Positions 1-10,167 of a DNA stretch of 64,000 nucleotides are shown here, piece by piece; position 1 is the first letter of the stretch, and each line of letters starts with the position of its first letter. A program made the position numbers and the translations under genes. Source of the stretch: a virus; the IMG/VR virus record IMGVR_UViG_3300037515_000591, positions 1 to 64,000 of that record. The stretch is one strand, 5' to 3'. The notes beneath the pieces were generated by a model, which saw nothing but the letters and a program-made list of their open reading frames with translations, did no database searches and was not told the DNA's origin.

Positions 1-61
1 CGTGCTGTCACGAAAAAGCCTGGTCAGCCAGGTTCCCCGCATGGGGAAGCTGAGGTCAGCG

Positions 62-89
62 CATCACTTCGCCGTCTGGCGAAGTGATG
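62..89 (-). terminator. stem-loop downstream of lysis cassette
   Basis: perfect 12-bp inverted repeat CATCACTTCGCC/GGCGAAGTGATG, 4-nt loop, 9 nt beyond stop of ORF 98-376; no U-tract. Confidence 0.55.
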
Positions 90-97
90 TCCCGCCG

Positions 98-376
98 TCA
101 CGACGAGTCGTCGCCCGCGGACAGGTGCTCCTCGAAGCGTTGCTTCAACTCGCACAGTTCCCGCACCGTCTCGTCCACCTTCACAGCCGTCTCGTCCACC
201 TTGCGTTCCGTCCGCGTCACCGTGTCCTTCATCGAATGGCCGCCGTTCGGCGCCAACTCCTGCACCGCATCCACAATCTTCACGATCCGTCGGTTGGACC
301 GCCACAACGCGCGGACCAGGGCGCCGAGGGCCAGCAGAGAACCGGCCCCAATTCCGAGCCATTCGAGCAGGTGCAT
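98..376 (-). CDS. lysis-cassette membrane protein (N-terminal TM helix, C-terminal coiled coil), function unknown
   Basis: 92 aa; hydrophobic WLGIGAGSLLALGALVRALW; last gene after endolysin and holin-like ORF. Confidence 0.5.
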   Translation of the reverse strand: MHLLEWLGIGAGSLLALGALVRALWRSNRRIVKIVDAVQELAPNGGHSMKDTVTRTERKVDETAVKVDETVRELCELKQRFEEHLSAGDDSS

Positions 377-385
377 GAGGGACGC

Positions 386-574
386 TCACAGGCCTCTGTC
401 GTCGGCTGGCCGGTTCGGCACCGCCCACGTCAGACCCAGGCCCCCGACGAGCGCCCCGACGATGAGCCACACCTCGCCGCTCGTAATGACATCGTCGGCC
501 GCCGCGGTGGACAGGGCCCCGCTCGCGGCGACGGCTCCGGCGACGAGCGCCTTCCAGTACTTCGAGATCTTCAC
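386..574 (-). CDS. putative holin (small two-TM protein)
   Basis: 62 aa, two hydrophobic segments, charged C-terminus, 4 nt downstream of endolysin. Confidence 0.5.
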   Translation of the reverse strand: MKISKYWKALVAGAVAASGALSTAAADDVITSGEVWLIVGALVGGLGLTWAVPNRPADDRGL

Positions 575-577
575 GGT

Positions 578-1543
578 TCAGCCTTCCTGTACGTCGAGGC
601 GGACGGTGACGGATTCGATGGCCGCTGTAAGCTCCGCGACGATCGCGGCCGGGTCGAGGTCGCCGAGCCCAGCGGCGAGGGTGGCGACCGTCCTCACGAG
701 CTGGTCGATCGTCGCCGCCTGCGTCTCGACGCTGACCTTCATCGACCGGACCACGTTGTTGGTGTCCGTCTCGATCGAAGCGAGCTGCCACGTCGGGTTG
801 GTGTCCCGCGTCGTACTCGTCAGCGGGGCGGGCATCTTGTCGTTCTTGACGACGCCCTTGTACAGCGCGTCCTGGCCCGCCCTCGACTTCAGTACGTCGA
901 GTACGGCCCTCTCAACCTGCTCGGGGGTCACATCGTCCTCCTGGGGGTGGTTACCGTCGAGGCGGGCGGCGATCCGGCCGCGCATCGTCTGCATGGAGAA
1001 ACCGCGCGGATCGACCTTCCCCGGCTGCCACTCCAGATGCCCGATCACCGAGCCAGCGCCCCAGCCGTGATGCCGGCAGATCGCCGCCGACACCTTCTCG
1101 ATGGCGTCGAGCTGAGCTGCGGGCCACGGATCCTCGCCGTCGCCGAGGTTCTCGCACTCGAAGCCGTAGAAGCGGGCGTTGCCGTCCGTGCTTGCCTCAT
1201 TGTCCGCGGGCAGTGCACGCTCGGCGATGACCGCGGCCAGGACGTCGGGGTCACCGGATCCGGCGTGGTTGGTGCGGCCGTAGCCGACCAGATGGACGCG
1301 GCCGTCCTTGGTGATGACGCCGTGACACAAAGGGCCGGGGAGCTTCACGTATCCGTCACGGCAGATCTGCACGGTGCGAGCCGAGCCGGAGGTGACGGTG
1401 TGGTGGATCATCACGCCGTTGACCGGACCCCACGCGCCTACGTGGTTGCGGTTGTGGTGCTCCCAGTCGCCGACCTCAACGACCGTGAGGCCCTCGTCGC
1501 GGAAGAGCTTGGCGAACGCGTGCGCGCTCGGGGGTGCAGCCAT
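578..1543 (-). CDS. endolysin, N-acetylmuramoyl-L-alanine amidase (amidase_2/PGRP type) with non-catalytic C-terminal domain
   Basis: GVMIHHTV, NHAGSGD, FYGFECEN, GHLEW motifs of zinc amidase_2 fold; end of late operon. Confidence 0.85.
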   Translation of the reverse strand: MAAPPSAHAFAKLFRDEGLTVVEVGDWEHHNRNHVGAWGPVNGVMIHHTVTSGSARTVQICRDGYVKLPGPLCHGVITKDGRVHLVGYGRTNHAGSGDPDVLAAVIAERALPADNEASTDGNARFYGFECENLGDGEDPWPAAQLDAIEKVSAAICRHHGWGAGSVIGHLEWQPGKVDPRGFSMQTMRGRIAARLDGNHPQEDDVTPEQVERAVLDVLKSRAGQDALYKGVVKNDKMPAPLTSTTRDTNPTWQLASIETDTNNVVRSMKVSVETQAATIDQLVRTVATLAAGLGDLDPAAIVAELTAAIESVTVRLDVQEG

Positions 1544-1558
1544 GGCCGAGCTCTCTCT

Positions 1559-1987
1559 CTAGTAGTCCCACGTCATGCCGACGAACTGCGCATGACCCAC
1601 ATGCGCGGCCTCGTGGTGGTCATGCCACACCTCCACCCCGACGGGCTGCCCGTGCCGGCCGTAGAACGGCCACATCACCGTGTCCCAGTCCTTGCCCGGC
1701 GAGTCCACCCGGTCCGCGGCCCCCGTGTCGTCACGCACGCCGTGCGGGTCGCGGATGAACCGGGACATGAACTGCCGCTGGCGGGTGTCCCCTGCCGGAA
1801 CGGCGACCGTCTCCCATCGGATGTTCCGCGACCACACGAAGTCCCCGTCGAACGGGGGCACGATCAGGGACAGGTTCCGGACCATGCTCAAGTCGTTGCG
1901 GATCGCCTTCTCGAACGTGAGCAGCGTCCACGTGTTCGGCTCGATGATCTGCGGGGTGTTGCGGTACAGCTTCGCTTGCGTCGCCAC
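1559..1987 (-). CDS. hypothetical tail-associated protein
   Basis: 142-aa track ORF with balanced composition between tail genes and endolysin. Confidence 0.5.
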   Translation of the reverse strand: MATQAKLYRNTPQIIEPNTWTLLTFEKAIRNDLSMVRNLSLIVPPFDGDFVWSRNIRWETVAVPAGDTRQRQFMSRFIRDPHGVRDDTGAADRVDSPGKDWDTVMWPFYGRHGQPVGVEVWHDHHEAAHVGHAQFVGMTWDY

Positions 1988-1997
1988 GCTGGTCTCC

Positions 1998-2495
1998 TCA
2001 GGCTGCCTGGTAGTGGCCGTGCAGCAGGAACCGGTCTCCGTCGGCCCAGGTGAGCGGAGTCACCGGGTCAATGAGACCGTTGTTGGTGTTGGCGGTGTCG
2101 TTGTAATTCCGGCCGGACGTTTCGAGAGAGAGATCGGTGGTGGCGACAACGCGGGCGCGAATCGGCCAGCGCTCTGCCGAATCGGCGCCGTCCTGGACCT
2201 CGCCATACCCTGCGATCAACTGGGTTTCCCCGGCCGTCACCGGCAGCGTGAACCTCCAGTTGGAGTCGTTGGCAGCAGTACCGAATGTCGTGGTGCTCCC
2301 GAATGTGATCTCCATCTCGAAGAACACGACGTCACCGGACTGCGCGTACTTGCAGTCCACGGTCGCATTCCCATAAGCAGGAGCCGTACCGTTGGTGGCC
2401 GTCCAGGTGGGCGTCCACGCCGCCCAGACGGGCAGCATCTCCCCAAGCCTGGTGGCGGTGATCCGGGCACCCGCCCGCCATGCCGTTACAGCCAC
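1998..2495 (-). CDS. hypothetical minor tail protein
   Basis: 165 aa, beta-rich Thr/Gly/Asn composition, follows tail-tip gene. Confidence 0.5.
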   Translation of the reverse strand: MAVTAWRAGARITATRLGEMLPVWAAWTPTWTATNGTAPAYGNATVDCKYAQSGDVVFFEMEITFGSTTTFGTAANDSNWRFTLPVTAGETQLIAGYGEVQDGADSAERWPIRARVVATTDLSLETSGRNYNDTANTNNGLIDPVTPLTWADGDRFLLHGHYQAA

Positions 2496-2504
2496 GACAA
2501 CCTC

Positions 2505-5500
2505 CTAGAGACCCACATAAGCGGGATAGGCGAGAACAACATCCGTGTCCGCACTGTGGGTTTTGACGACACCGTTCTGAGAGCGGGTCACCGTGTACGT
2601 CTGCGGGGTGGCCAGATCGAAATTGTCGAAGGACACGACCGGGTTCGTGTTCGTGTTCGCAGCATCAGCGAGCGACCAGCAGCCCAGACTCGCCGCACCA
2701 GTCAACGAGGAATCGGTGACCTCCGCCTGCCACGGCCCCGGCTCCAGCTCACTGGCCTCCCACACCTTCGCCTTCAACGCAGTGCCGAACCCCTGGAACC
2801 GCACCCGGACAAACGTCCCCGCGACATGCGTCAACCGCGTCGTAAACGACACGAGGTTCGTCTGCGCTGCGGCGACCCGCTTGAAGATGACCAGCGTCAC
2901 CGTTTGTGTGGTGGAGAACGCCAGCCTTGCCACATACAAGTTGTTGACATCCGTATAGCGGGCCATCGGCCCCGCATACAGCGCACCACCCGCAGCCAGA
3001 GCGTCGGTTGCGATATCCACGTAGATGTCGAAGTCGGCGGACGGCGCTGGCACGGATGACCGGTGTGCCGAGTTGACCGCCGTCAGAGTGTGGGTTCCCT
3101 CAGCGCCATCGACATCGAAGTTCCCCGCCGCAGTGCCGGTGTTCGTCCACGTCTGCCCGGAATCAGCCGTGCCCCAACTGTTCGTCTCGCTGCGGGTGAA
3201 CGAGTCATGAACCGCCGAGGCCGTGGCATGGGTGACCCGGGCCCCCCACACATGCCAGGTGTCCGCCGCGTCCGGTGTGTCACTGTGGAGCGCCAGCATC
3301 ACAGCCCTGGACGAGGTCGCCGGAGCCGTGAACGTCGCCTCCAGATACGTCCAGACACCAGCCGCGACCGCGAACCCCCCACCTGTTGAACTGGTCGATA
3401 TGTACGTCCCATCGGACTCATGCCAGTTCACGGCCGGTTGCAGCTCATCCCAACCGCCGGGACTGTACGCCCACAAAGACGCCGTGTAGGAAGCCCCGGG
3501 CTGGATGCTGCCGACCGCTGTCTGTGTGCAGCGGGCATCACCAGTGGCGGATGACCCGTTCGGGGTGATGAGCAGCGACGCGACAGCCCGTGGATGCGGA
3601 AGAACCTGCGCGGTGGAGCGTGCGATCGTCGTGTTGTTCCCGCTCCAGTCGGTGGTGTCCGTGTCGAAGAACGGATTCTCGTTCAGCAGGCCGCCCGGTG
3701 CGGTGACGGTCATGACTTCGCCGCCCACCCGCAGGTCGTACGGGGTATCGCCCACATCGTCGGTCCACGTCGGCCCCGACGTGGTGAGAACGTCGACGTC
3801 CGTCTCCGTCGTCGACAGTGCCTCCGCCAGCTCCGCCCCTTCCGTGTCGGCCCAGGAAAACTCCAGCTCCTGCTCCACCGTGTCGTCATCACCGGCCCAC
3901 GCCACATCGAACGGGCCGGCCGGGGTGCAGTTGTAGGTGATGGTCCACCGGTACTGGTCCATCACCTCGCTGTAGCCCTGCACGAGCAGGTCCAAAGTGT
4001 CCGGGGGCAGCCATACGGGCGGGTTGGTGATCTGGATGCGGGAGCCGACGTCGACGGCGGCCGCGGCCTCGATCGATGCGGGGGCTGCGGCCAGGTTCAC
4101 CGTCACCTGCGGGAAACGCGTCTCGTCCCAGGTCCCGACGTGCAGCCGCCACCCTGCATGGTTCAGCGGCTGCTCGTCATCGAGCAGGTTGAGGGTGTGT
4201 GCGGTGTCGTACAGGCCGATCCCGTCCGGCGGTGGCTGCGTGGACAAGGCGCCGGAGTCCAGCGTTACGCGGGCGATGGCTCCGTCTGTGCGCTGGACGG
4301 TGACATCGTTGGTGACGTTCTGATCGTCGTCGACCGGGTCGAGCGGGGTCACCAGCCCGTCGGCGCCGGTGTAGTCAAGGGTCAGCGCGGCCGGCTGGTT
4401 GTACAGGCTGGCCCGTGTGACGTAGCGGACCCCCAAGAGGTCACGCTGCTCGGCGAGGATCCCGCCGTCCACCTCGGCGGCGGTCTGCATCAGATCGGCG
4501 GCCGTGCCGCGGGCCTGCGGGCCTGCCTGTTCGTCTCCGGGGCCGGTGGAGTAGGAGTGGATTTCCTCCTCGTCCCCCAGCCGCGAAATGCGGGAGGCGG
4601 CTTCCTCGGCGTTCCAGCCCACAATCGGGGCCGCGGTGCCCGTGAAGCTCTGTGTGGAGTTGCCCATGGTCACCTGTCCGATGACCGTGTCATTCATGGC
4701 GCCGTCTTCACCGAAGCGGATCGCTGAAGCGATGCCCATCGTTGTTGAGCTGACAGTGCCGCTGAAGGTGAAGACAGTGGTCGAATCGTCGGGAACAGCC
4801 GTGGGAAGGGAATCGGCGACGTCTACGACAGTGACAAGGTAATCAACATCAGCGCCGTCCGTGACGAGCCGCAAAATGACTACTTTCTCCAGCCCGTTGA
4901 TGGAGTCCGAACCGAACCCTGAGGCATGGAGCTGCGTACCCTCGGCGTCAAAAGCACGCAAATCCAGGTTCCCGGACGTATTAACAAAGAGAGACCAGGT
5001 GCGAGCCGCCCCTGTCGTGGACAGGGAAACGAGCCGCTGCGTCGACACCACGCCCGCTGACGGGACCTTCGCGAAAAAGAACAAGTGGTTCGCCGGATTC
5101 GTGGCGTTCAAAGAGAACGACGGAATCGACACCTTCATCGACCCCGTACCCACCGTCGGCAGGGCGTCGGAACCGACCCAGTCCCCATACGCGGCAGGCG
5201 TCACCGTCCCCGTGATCACAAATGACGGATGCCCGTCGATCGCGGACCCCAGAACCGTGGCGTCCTCGCCGTCCTCCATCGGCCAGTACCCGGCGATGCG
5301 GGAGCTGCGCCCGGGATCAGTGAGCTCCCGGTACATCGGTGACTTCAGCGGAACCGCGCCCTGGCTCAGACGACGCAGAACGCCGGCGGCCTCCACCTCC
5401 GTCACAACATCGAGGCCGCCGGTTTCCCAGCGTGGAGTCCAGGAGGCGATCTCACCGAGAAAGCGGACCTTGCGATTGGTGATCTCCGCGTTCCCGGCCA

Positions 5501-6398
5501 CCGTCCAGGTGAGACCCGCAGCGTCATTGAAACTCGTCGCGCCGTCAGACTGCGCGGTGAAGTCGGGGTTGGCCACGGCGGTGCCATCAATGCCGGACAG
5601 GACTTGCACGGCGTGAACACGGCCGATGGCCTCGTCGAAACCGAAGTCGGGAATGCTCCCGATACGCAGATCGGCTGTGCCGCTGTGGATGGATGTGGTG
5701 CCCGATCCGGTGATCACGTCACCGAGCTGTATCCATGGGCCGTCGATGCTGTCGGCCGTGTAGAAAATGATGTCGTGTCCGGATGCGCCGTTGTCGACAT
5801 CGAGCGTGGCCCGTATGGCGAGGCGTCCACTCGATGTCAGGGGGAGATCGGTCGGCGTCGCGAACCTCAGCGCAGAGCCGTCCTCCGACCAGATCAGGTA
5901 GGGCCTGCTGAGCCGGATGTACAGGATCCATGAGACCTGCCCGGACGACCCCTTCCCGACGAGTTCCGTACGGTCGAAATCGACACCGCCCTCGGACGGG
6001 TAGTCGGGAAGAATCCAGTTGTTCAGCGTCGCGTCGAACCGGATGTCGATGTCACCAGTGATGTCCAGTGATGCATCGTCGGGAGTGGAGATGTAGTCGC
6101 CGGAATCCCCGGGGAGACTCAGTGCCACGCTCCCGGTGTTGACCGACACGCGGCAGGGTGTGTTGCGGCCTATCTGCCCGAAGTGCGTCCCTTCCGGGTT
6201 ACGGGGGGAGTAGGTGCCGTCCGTGTTGGACAGCACGAACGAGCAGCGGCCGGCGTCGACCCGCTGGCCCCAGTCGGAGCGGCCGCGGGTGATGCGGATC
6301 TGCTGCTCGCCACGGACGTCGGAGCTGACGTCCGTCCACGTCGAGCCGTCGAGGGAGAGGTCGACCTGGAGCGGGAGGATGGTCTCGGGGAACGCCAC
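2505..6398 (-). CDS. large tail-tip/receptor-binding protein (Dit-like N-terminus interrupted by LamG-like module, carbohydrate-binding-like C-terminal domains)
   Basis: 1297 aa directly after tape measure; N-terminal SLDGSTWTDVSSDV...RFLGEI pattern of siphovirus distal tail proteins; aa 91-306 LamG-like; NPFFDTDTTDWSGNN jelly-roll-like region. Confidence 0.8.
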   Translation of the reverse strand: MAFPETILPLQVDLSLDGSTWTDVSSDVRGEQQIRITRGRSDWGQRVDAGRCSFVLSNTDGTYSPRNPEGTHFGQIGRNTPCRVSVNTGSVALSLPGDSGDYISTPDDASLDITGDIDIRFDATLNNWILPDYPSEGGVDFDRTELVGKGSSGQVSWILYIRLSRPYLIWSEDGSALRFATPTDLPLTSSGRLAIRATLDVDNGASGHDIIFYTADSIDGPWIQLGDVITGSGTTSIHSGTADLRIGSIPDFGFDEAIGRVHAVQVLSGIDGTAVANPDFTAQSDGATSFNDAAGLTWTVAGNAEITNRKVRFLGEIASWTPRWETGGLDVVTEVEAAGVLRRLSQGAVPLKSPMYRELTDPGRSSRIAGYWPMEDGEDATVLGSAIDGHPSFVITGTVTPAAYGDWVGSDALPTVGTGSMKVSIPSFSLNATNPANHLFFFAKVPSAGVVSTQRLVSLSTTGAARTWSLFVNTSGNLDLRAFDAEGTQLHASGFGSDSINGLEKVVILRLVTDGADVDYLVTVVDVADSLPTAVPDDSTTVFTFSGTVSSTTMGIASAIRFGEDGAMNDTVIGQVTMGNSTQSFTGTAAPIVGWNAEEAASRISRLGDEEEIHSYSTGPGDEQAGPQARGTAADLMQTAAEVDGGILAEQRDLLGVRYVTRASLYNQPAALTLDYTGADGLVTPLDPVDDDQNVTNDVTVQRTDGAIARVTLDSGALSTQPPPDGIGLYDTAHTLNLLDDEQPLNHAGWRLHVGTWDETRFPQVTVNLAAAPASIEAAAAVDVGSRIQITNPPVWLPPDTLDLLVQGYSEVMDQYRWTITYNCTPAGPFDVAWAGDDDTVEQELEFSWADTEGAELAEALSTTETDVDVLTTSGPTWTDDVGDTPYDLRVGGEVMTVTAPGGLLNENPFFDTDTTDWSGNNTTIARSTAQVLPHPRAVASLLITPNGSSATGDARCTQTAVGSIQPGASYTASLWAYSPGGWDELQPAVNWHESDGTYISTSSTGGGFAVAAGVWTYLEATFTAPATSSRAVMLALHSDTPDAADTWHVWGARVTHATASAVHDSFTRSETNSWGTADSGQTWTNTGTAAGNFDVDGAEGTHTLTAVNSAHRSSVPAPSADFDIYVDIATDALAAGGALYAGPMARYTDVNNLYVARLAFSTTQTVTLVIFKRVAAAQTNLVSFTTRLTHVAGTFVRVRFQGFGTALKAKVWEASELEPGPWQAEVTDSSLTGAASLGCWSLADAANTNTNPVVSFDNFDLATPQTYTVTRSQNGVVKTHSADTDVVLAYPAYVGL

Positions 6399-6399
6399 G

Positions 6400-9300
6400 T
6401 CAGTTCCGTCCCATCGCCTGCTGTACGATGCCGCCGCGGTGGGCGATCTCTTCGCGCAGCGGGTCGAAGATCTGCCGGGCTACGATGCGCCCGTCCAGGG
6501 TGATCGTTTGGTGCACGACGATCGGCTGCCCCCCGCCGGCCGTGCCGCCTGGCCGCCCGCCGCCTGCTCCGTTGCGGGGCATGTTGAGCATCGACGCCCA
6601 CGCCGGCTGCACACTGCGGTTGCGTTGGATGCCTTGCGCGAAGCCTTCCGCGGTCTGCCCGCCGATCGTCTCCATCACCTGCGACGGAGACTTGATCTTC
6701 AATGCGTGCTTGATGCCCCGCTCCATCGCGAAAGCGATGCGCATCATGCCCTTCTCGATGATCTTCTGCCGTGAGGCCAGGCCCTTCACCAACCCCTCAG
6801 CCGCCTTGATGCCCGCCCCGTACATGGCGTCCGCAGCCACCGCCCCCGCGGTCTTCGCGTTCGCTTTGATCTGTTTCTGCAGGGTGTTGAGCTGCCGGAT
6901 TTCACCCTTGCCGCCGCCGAGGATCGCCGCCGCGGTTTCCATGCCGCCGCCGTCGATACCGGCTTCGGCGATCTGCTCGATCAGATCGCCGCGCAGTCCG
7001 CGGCCCTTCAACTGTTTGAGCATCCCGGAGAACTGGCCCGAGTTGGCTGCGCTGCCCTGCATCTGGGAGAGGATCGTGTTGATGGTGACGCGGGAGTCCT
7101 CGGCTCCGGCAGCGCGGGTGATGTTCGCGCCGCCGACGATGCCCGAAGCGACAGACGTCTTCAACTGCGAGGCTGCACCCTTCAGGTCGGACAGTTTGTC
7201 CCTGGCGCCGTCCAGGGCTTTGTTGACTTTGAGGAGTTTCTTTTCCTGCATGAGCAGGGCTTTGCCGGTGTTGTTGAGCCAGCGCAGCAGGCGTGATTCC
7301 TCGGCGCCGTGTGTCGTCTTCTTGATCACGCTGCGCCATTTGTTCAGTGCTTTGACGAGGTCCATGACGCTGTCGGGGTCGCCGATCTGGTTGCGGATCT
7401 CCGGGTTTTTGAACCCGGCCATGCGCCCGAAGTGGGAGACGGTCAGCTCACCGCGCGCAGCGCTGCGGGCCTCACGTTCCTTCTTCGTGACACCGCCCTT
7501 CGCGAACCCGGCCAGTTTCAGACGGCCCGAGTTCAACGCGTCGAGCAGCGGAACCCCGTACTTGCTGACGGCGCTGGCCTGCACGATGTACTCACGGTCC
7601 GACGCCCGGTACGCGCCGCCGTTCGGCGGCAGCATGAGAATCGAGTCCGAGGTGGGTGTGCCAGGGCCACGGATGAGGCCGCCGTCCGGGTAGGACTGCA
7701 CGTTGCCGCCGCCCGCATAGCCGGGTGCGAGACCGCCTGCTGCAAGGCCGGAGCGTGCGGTGCCCGCGCCGACGCCCGCGTAGTTGTACTGGCGGGTGTA
7801 GGTGGTCTTGACGTACGTGTTGGCGGTCTTGCCGTTGAGGCTGTCCAGGGCTTGCCGGACCGAGCCGATGGGTCCGAGGGCCTGGCCGTTCGCGGTGAAC
7901 ACCTGCGTCTTGCCATCGGGGAGTTGCTTCGTCTTCAGCCCCACGGCCTCCAGCGCCGCGATGGCTGCACCGTTCAACGTGTCGACCTTCACCGACTTGG
8001 CGCCCGGCGTCTTGTCGATCTCGGCCTGGACGTCCTTCAGCCCGGCGATGGCTTCCTCGCGCTCCAGCTTCACCAGCGTTTTGATATCGCCTGGCACCCC
8101 GAGCAGCTCGTTGACGTACTCGCGGGCCTTGGCCTTGTTCCCGTCGAAGGCATCCACCGCGAGGCGCATCATCGTCTCGCGAAGCTCGTCCGACTTCTTC
8201 GTCATCGACCCCAGCGACTCACCCGCCGCAAGCCCCGTCGCGATCAACTCGTCCTGAGACTTAGCCGCCGCCGACATCGCCTCACCGTTCCGGCGCCCCG
8301 CATCAGTGTCGAGGTCGAGGGTGGCGCCGTGCTCCTTGAAGCTCGCGGTCAGGTCGTCCAGCGACTGCTCGAACCCGATCTGCGCGTCGTACGCGGAGCG
8401 GTTCACGTCGTTCAACGCGAGGATGCTCGCGCGGAGTCCGTCCGCGGACTCCTTCTGCGCGCCGAGCTTCGCCGACGTATCCAACGCCGCCTGCCCGAAC
8501 ACGCTCATACTGTCCGCAGCGAGCTGCTGCTCCGCCTTCAACCCGGCAACCCGCGCCAGATACTCCGGGACCCGCTCCTCCACCTCCTTGAGCGAATGCC
8601 CCTGCTCCAAAGCGGCATCCTTCACCAGCCGGAAATCAGCCGCCGCCTGGCCCGCAAACCCAGAGTCGACCATCGACGCCAGCGACTGATCGAGCGCCCC
8701 GAACCGGTCGTCCAGCGACTTCAGCGAATCCTCGCCCTTGGTGAAGTCCTGCCACAGGCTGTTCGCCCCCCGCCGCAGGTCATCCAGCGGACCGATGCCG
8801 GAGTTCCCGAACGACTTGACGTACTCCTCCTGGTCCTGCGCCGACTGCCCGACCTTCCCGATGTCCTCGACCAGGCCGTCGAGGTCGCCGAACGCCTGCT
8901 TGAGTTCGCCCGTGAACTTGCCCGTCGACGCGAGGTTCTTCAGGCTCGTGGTCAGCCGGTCAACATCCGGCGGCGCACCCCGCGCCTGCTCGGCGAGCTT
9001 CGCAACCCCCAGCCCCACCGCCACGATCCCCGCAGCGATGAGACCGCCCTTCACCGACGTCGACAACGTTCCGATCGCAGCCCGCGCCCCGCGGACACCG
9101 CCACCCGCAGCAGCCGACGCAGCCGACAGCGCGAGCATCGCATCCCGCAACTTGCCCACCCCGGCGGCGGTCGCCGCCACCCCGGCGCCGGCCAGTGACA
9201 TGAGCTTCAGCCCTACCGCAGTCTGCATGGCGATCGTGACCAGCTCGGGCGGCAGAGCAGCGACCAGCTTCGCAACCGCATTCACCAGGGTGAGCATGCC

Positions 9301-10167
9301 CGGACCGGCGTCGGCGGCCGCCTCGGCGAGCGTCACCACGGCGTCCCCGGCGTTCGACAGGGTCTCGCGGACGGCGGGCCCGTTCTGTGCGGCGTAGTCC
9401 ATGAACGCTTTGACGGGGCCGTTGGCGTCACCGTCCGCGAGAGCCGTTGAGAAGCGGATGATGCCGGTGACCGCATCGCGCAGTGAGTCGTTCGCGAACG
9501 TCGACACCCGGTCTGCGAAACCGTCGAACCCCGGCGAAGCCACCGCACCGCCGGCCACCGACACCAGCCGGTCCAACTGCTCGGAAGCGCCGCGCGCCAT
9601 CGGCGTCAGCTTCGGCACCAGCTCGTTGAGGAGCGTGAACGACTTCTCCACCGGCGTCATCGTGAAGTCGGCTATGGAGTCCGACCAGTCCTGAAAGCCG
9701 TCCTTCAACGTCTGCATGCCGACCGCGGCCCGGGCCGTCGAGACGGGCATGCGGGACAGCGTCGTCGACAGCGTGTGCTGCGCCTCGGCCGCTTCCTTCG
9801 ACCCGCGCCCGGACTTGACGACCGCATCCGAGTACTTGGTCTGCGCCTCCGACGCCGCCGACAGAGACGACACCTGCCCGGCTATCGCCGCGCCGAACGC
9901 GGACAACGCCAACACAGCGCCGCCCGTCGCGCCGGCAGCCTTCCCCACAGCCACACCCAGCGCGGCAGTGACCGGAACTGCCGCCGCCGCCACCGGAATC
10001 AGCGACCCGACCGACTTGGACACCCGGTTCATCGCGGCGCTCATGATCGAGCTTTCGGACACGAACCGGCCGCGCATGTCCCGCAGGTGGCCGTTGACGT
10101 CACGGAACGCGCGGACGGCCTGGCCGTTGTTCGCACGGATAGTGATCGTTACGTCATCACCGGCCAC
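6400..10167 (-). CDS. tape measure protein
   Basis: 1255 aa, Ala/Gly-rich helical protein with hydrophobic segments, follows G/G-T chaperones. Confidence 0.9.
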   Translation of the reverse strand: MAGDDVTITIRANNGQAVRAFRDVNGHLRDMRGRFVSESSIMSAAMNRVSKSVGSLIPVAAAAVPVTAALGVAVGKAAGATGGAVLALSAFGAAIAGQVSSLSAASEAQTKYSDAVVKSGRGSKEAAEAQHTLSTTLSRMPVSTARAAVGMQTLKDGFQDWSDSIADFTMTPVEKSFTLLNELVPKLTPMARGASEQLDRLVSVAGGAVASPGFDGFADRVSTFANDSLRDAVTGIIRFSTALADGDANGPVKAFMDYAAQNGPAVRETLSNAGDAVVTLAEAAADAGPGMLTLVNAVAKLVAALPPELVTIAMQTAVGLKLMSLAGAGVAATAAGVGKLRDAMLALSAASAAAGGGVRGARAAIGTLSTSVKGGLIAAGIVAVGLGVAKLAEQARGAPPDVDRLTTSLKNLASTGKFTGELKQAFGDLDGLVEDIGKVGQSAQDQEEYVKSFGNSGIGPLDDLRRGANSLWQDFTKGEDSLKSLDDRFGALDQSLASMVDSGFAGQAAADFRLVKDAALEQGHSLKEVEERVPEYLARVAGLKAEQQLAADSMSVFGQAALDTSAKLGAQKESADGLRASILALNDVNRSAYDAQIGFEQSLDDLTASFKEHGATLDLDTDAGRRNGEAMSAAAKSQDELIATGLAAGESLGSMTKKSDELRETMMRLAVDAFDGNKAKAREYVNELLGVPGDIKTLVKLEREEAIAGLKDVQAEIDKTPGAKSVKVDTLNGAAIAALEAVGLKTKQLPDGKTQVFTANGQALGPIGSVRQALDSLNGKTANTYVKTTYTRQYNYAGVGAGTARSGLAAGGLAPGYAGGGNVQSYPDGGLIRGPGTPTSDSILMLPPNGGAYRASDREYIVQASAVSKYGVPLLDALNSGRLKLAGFAKGGVTKKEREARSAARGELTVSHFGRMAGFKNPEIRNQIGDPDSVMDLVKALNKWRSVIKKTTHGAEESRLLRWLNNTGKALLMQEKKLLKVNKALDGARDKLSDLKGAASQLKTSVASGIVGGANITRAAGAEDSRVTINTILSQMQGSAANSGQFSGMLKQLKGRGLRGDLIEQIAEAGIDGGGMETAAAILGGGKGEIRQLNTLQKQIKANAKTAGAVAADAMYGAGIKAAEGLVKGLASRQKIIEKGMMRIAFAMERGIKHALKIKSPSQVMETIGGQTAEGFAQGIQRNRSVQPAWASMLNMPRNGAGGGRPGGTAGGGQPIVVHQTITLDGRIVARQIFDPLREEIAHRGGIVQQAMGRN

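Noticed and set aside
2-2053. 683-aa plus-strand ORF at the left edge
   Set aside because: Its composition is extremely Arg/Pro/Gly/His-rich. It lies antisense to an endolysin with clear amidase motifs and to the holin-like genes, so it is a typical high-GC shadow ORF.
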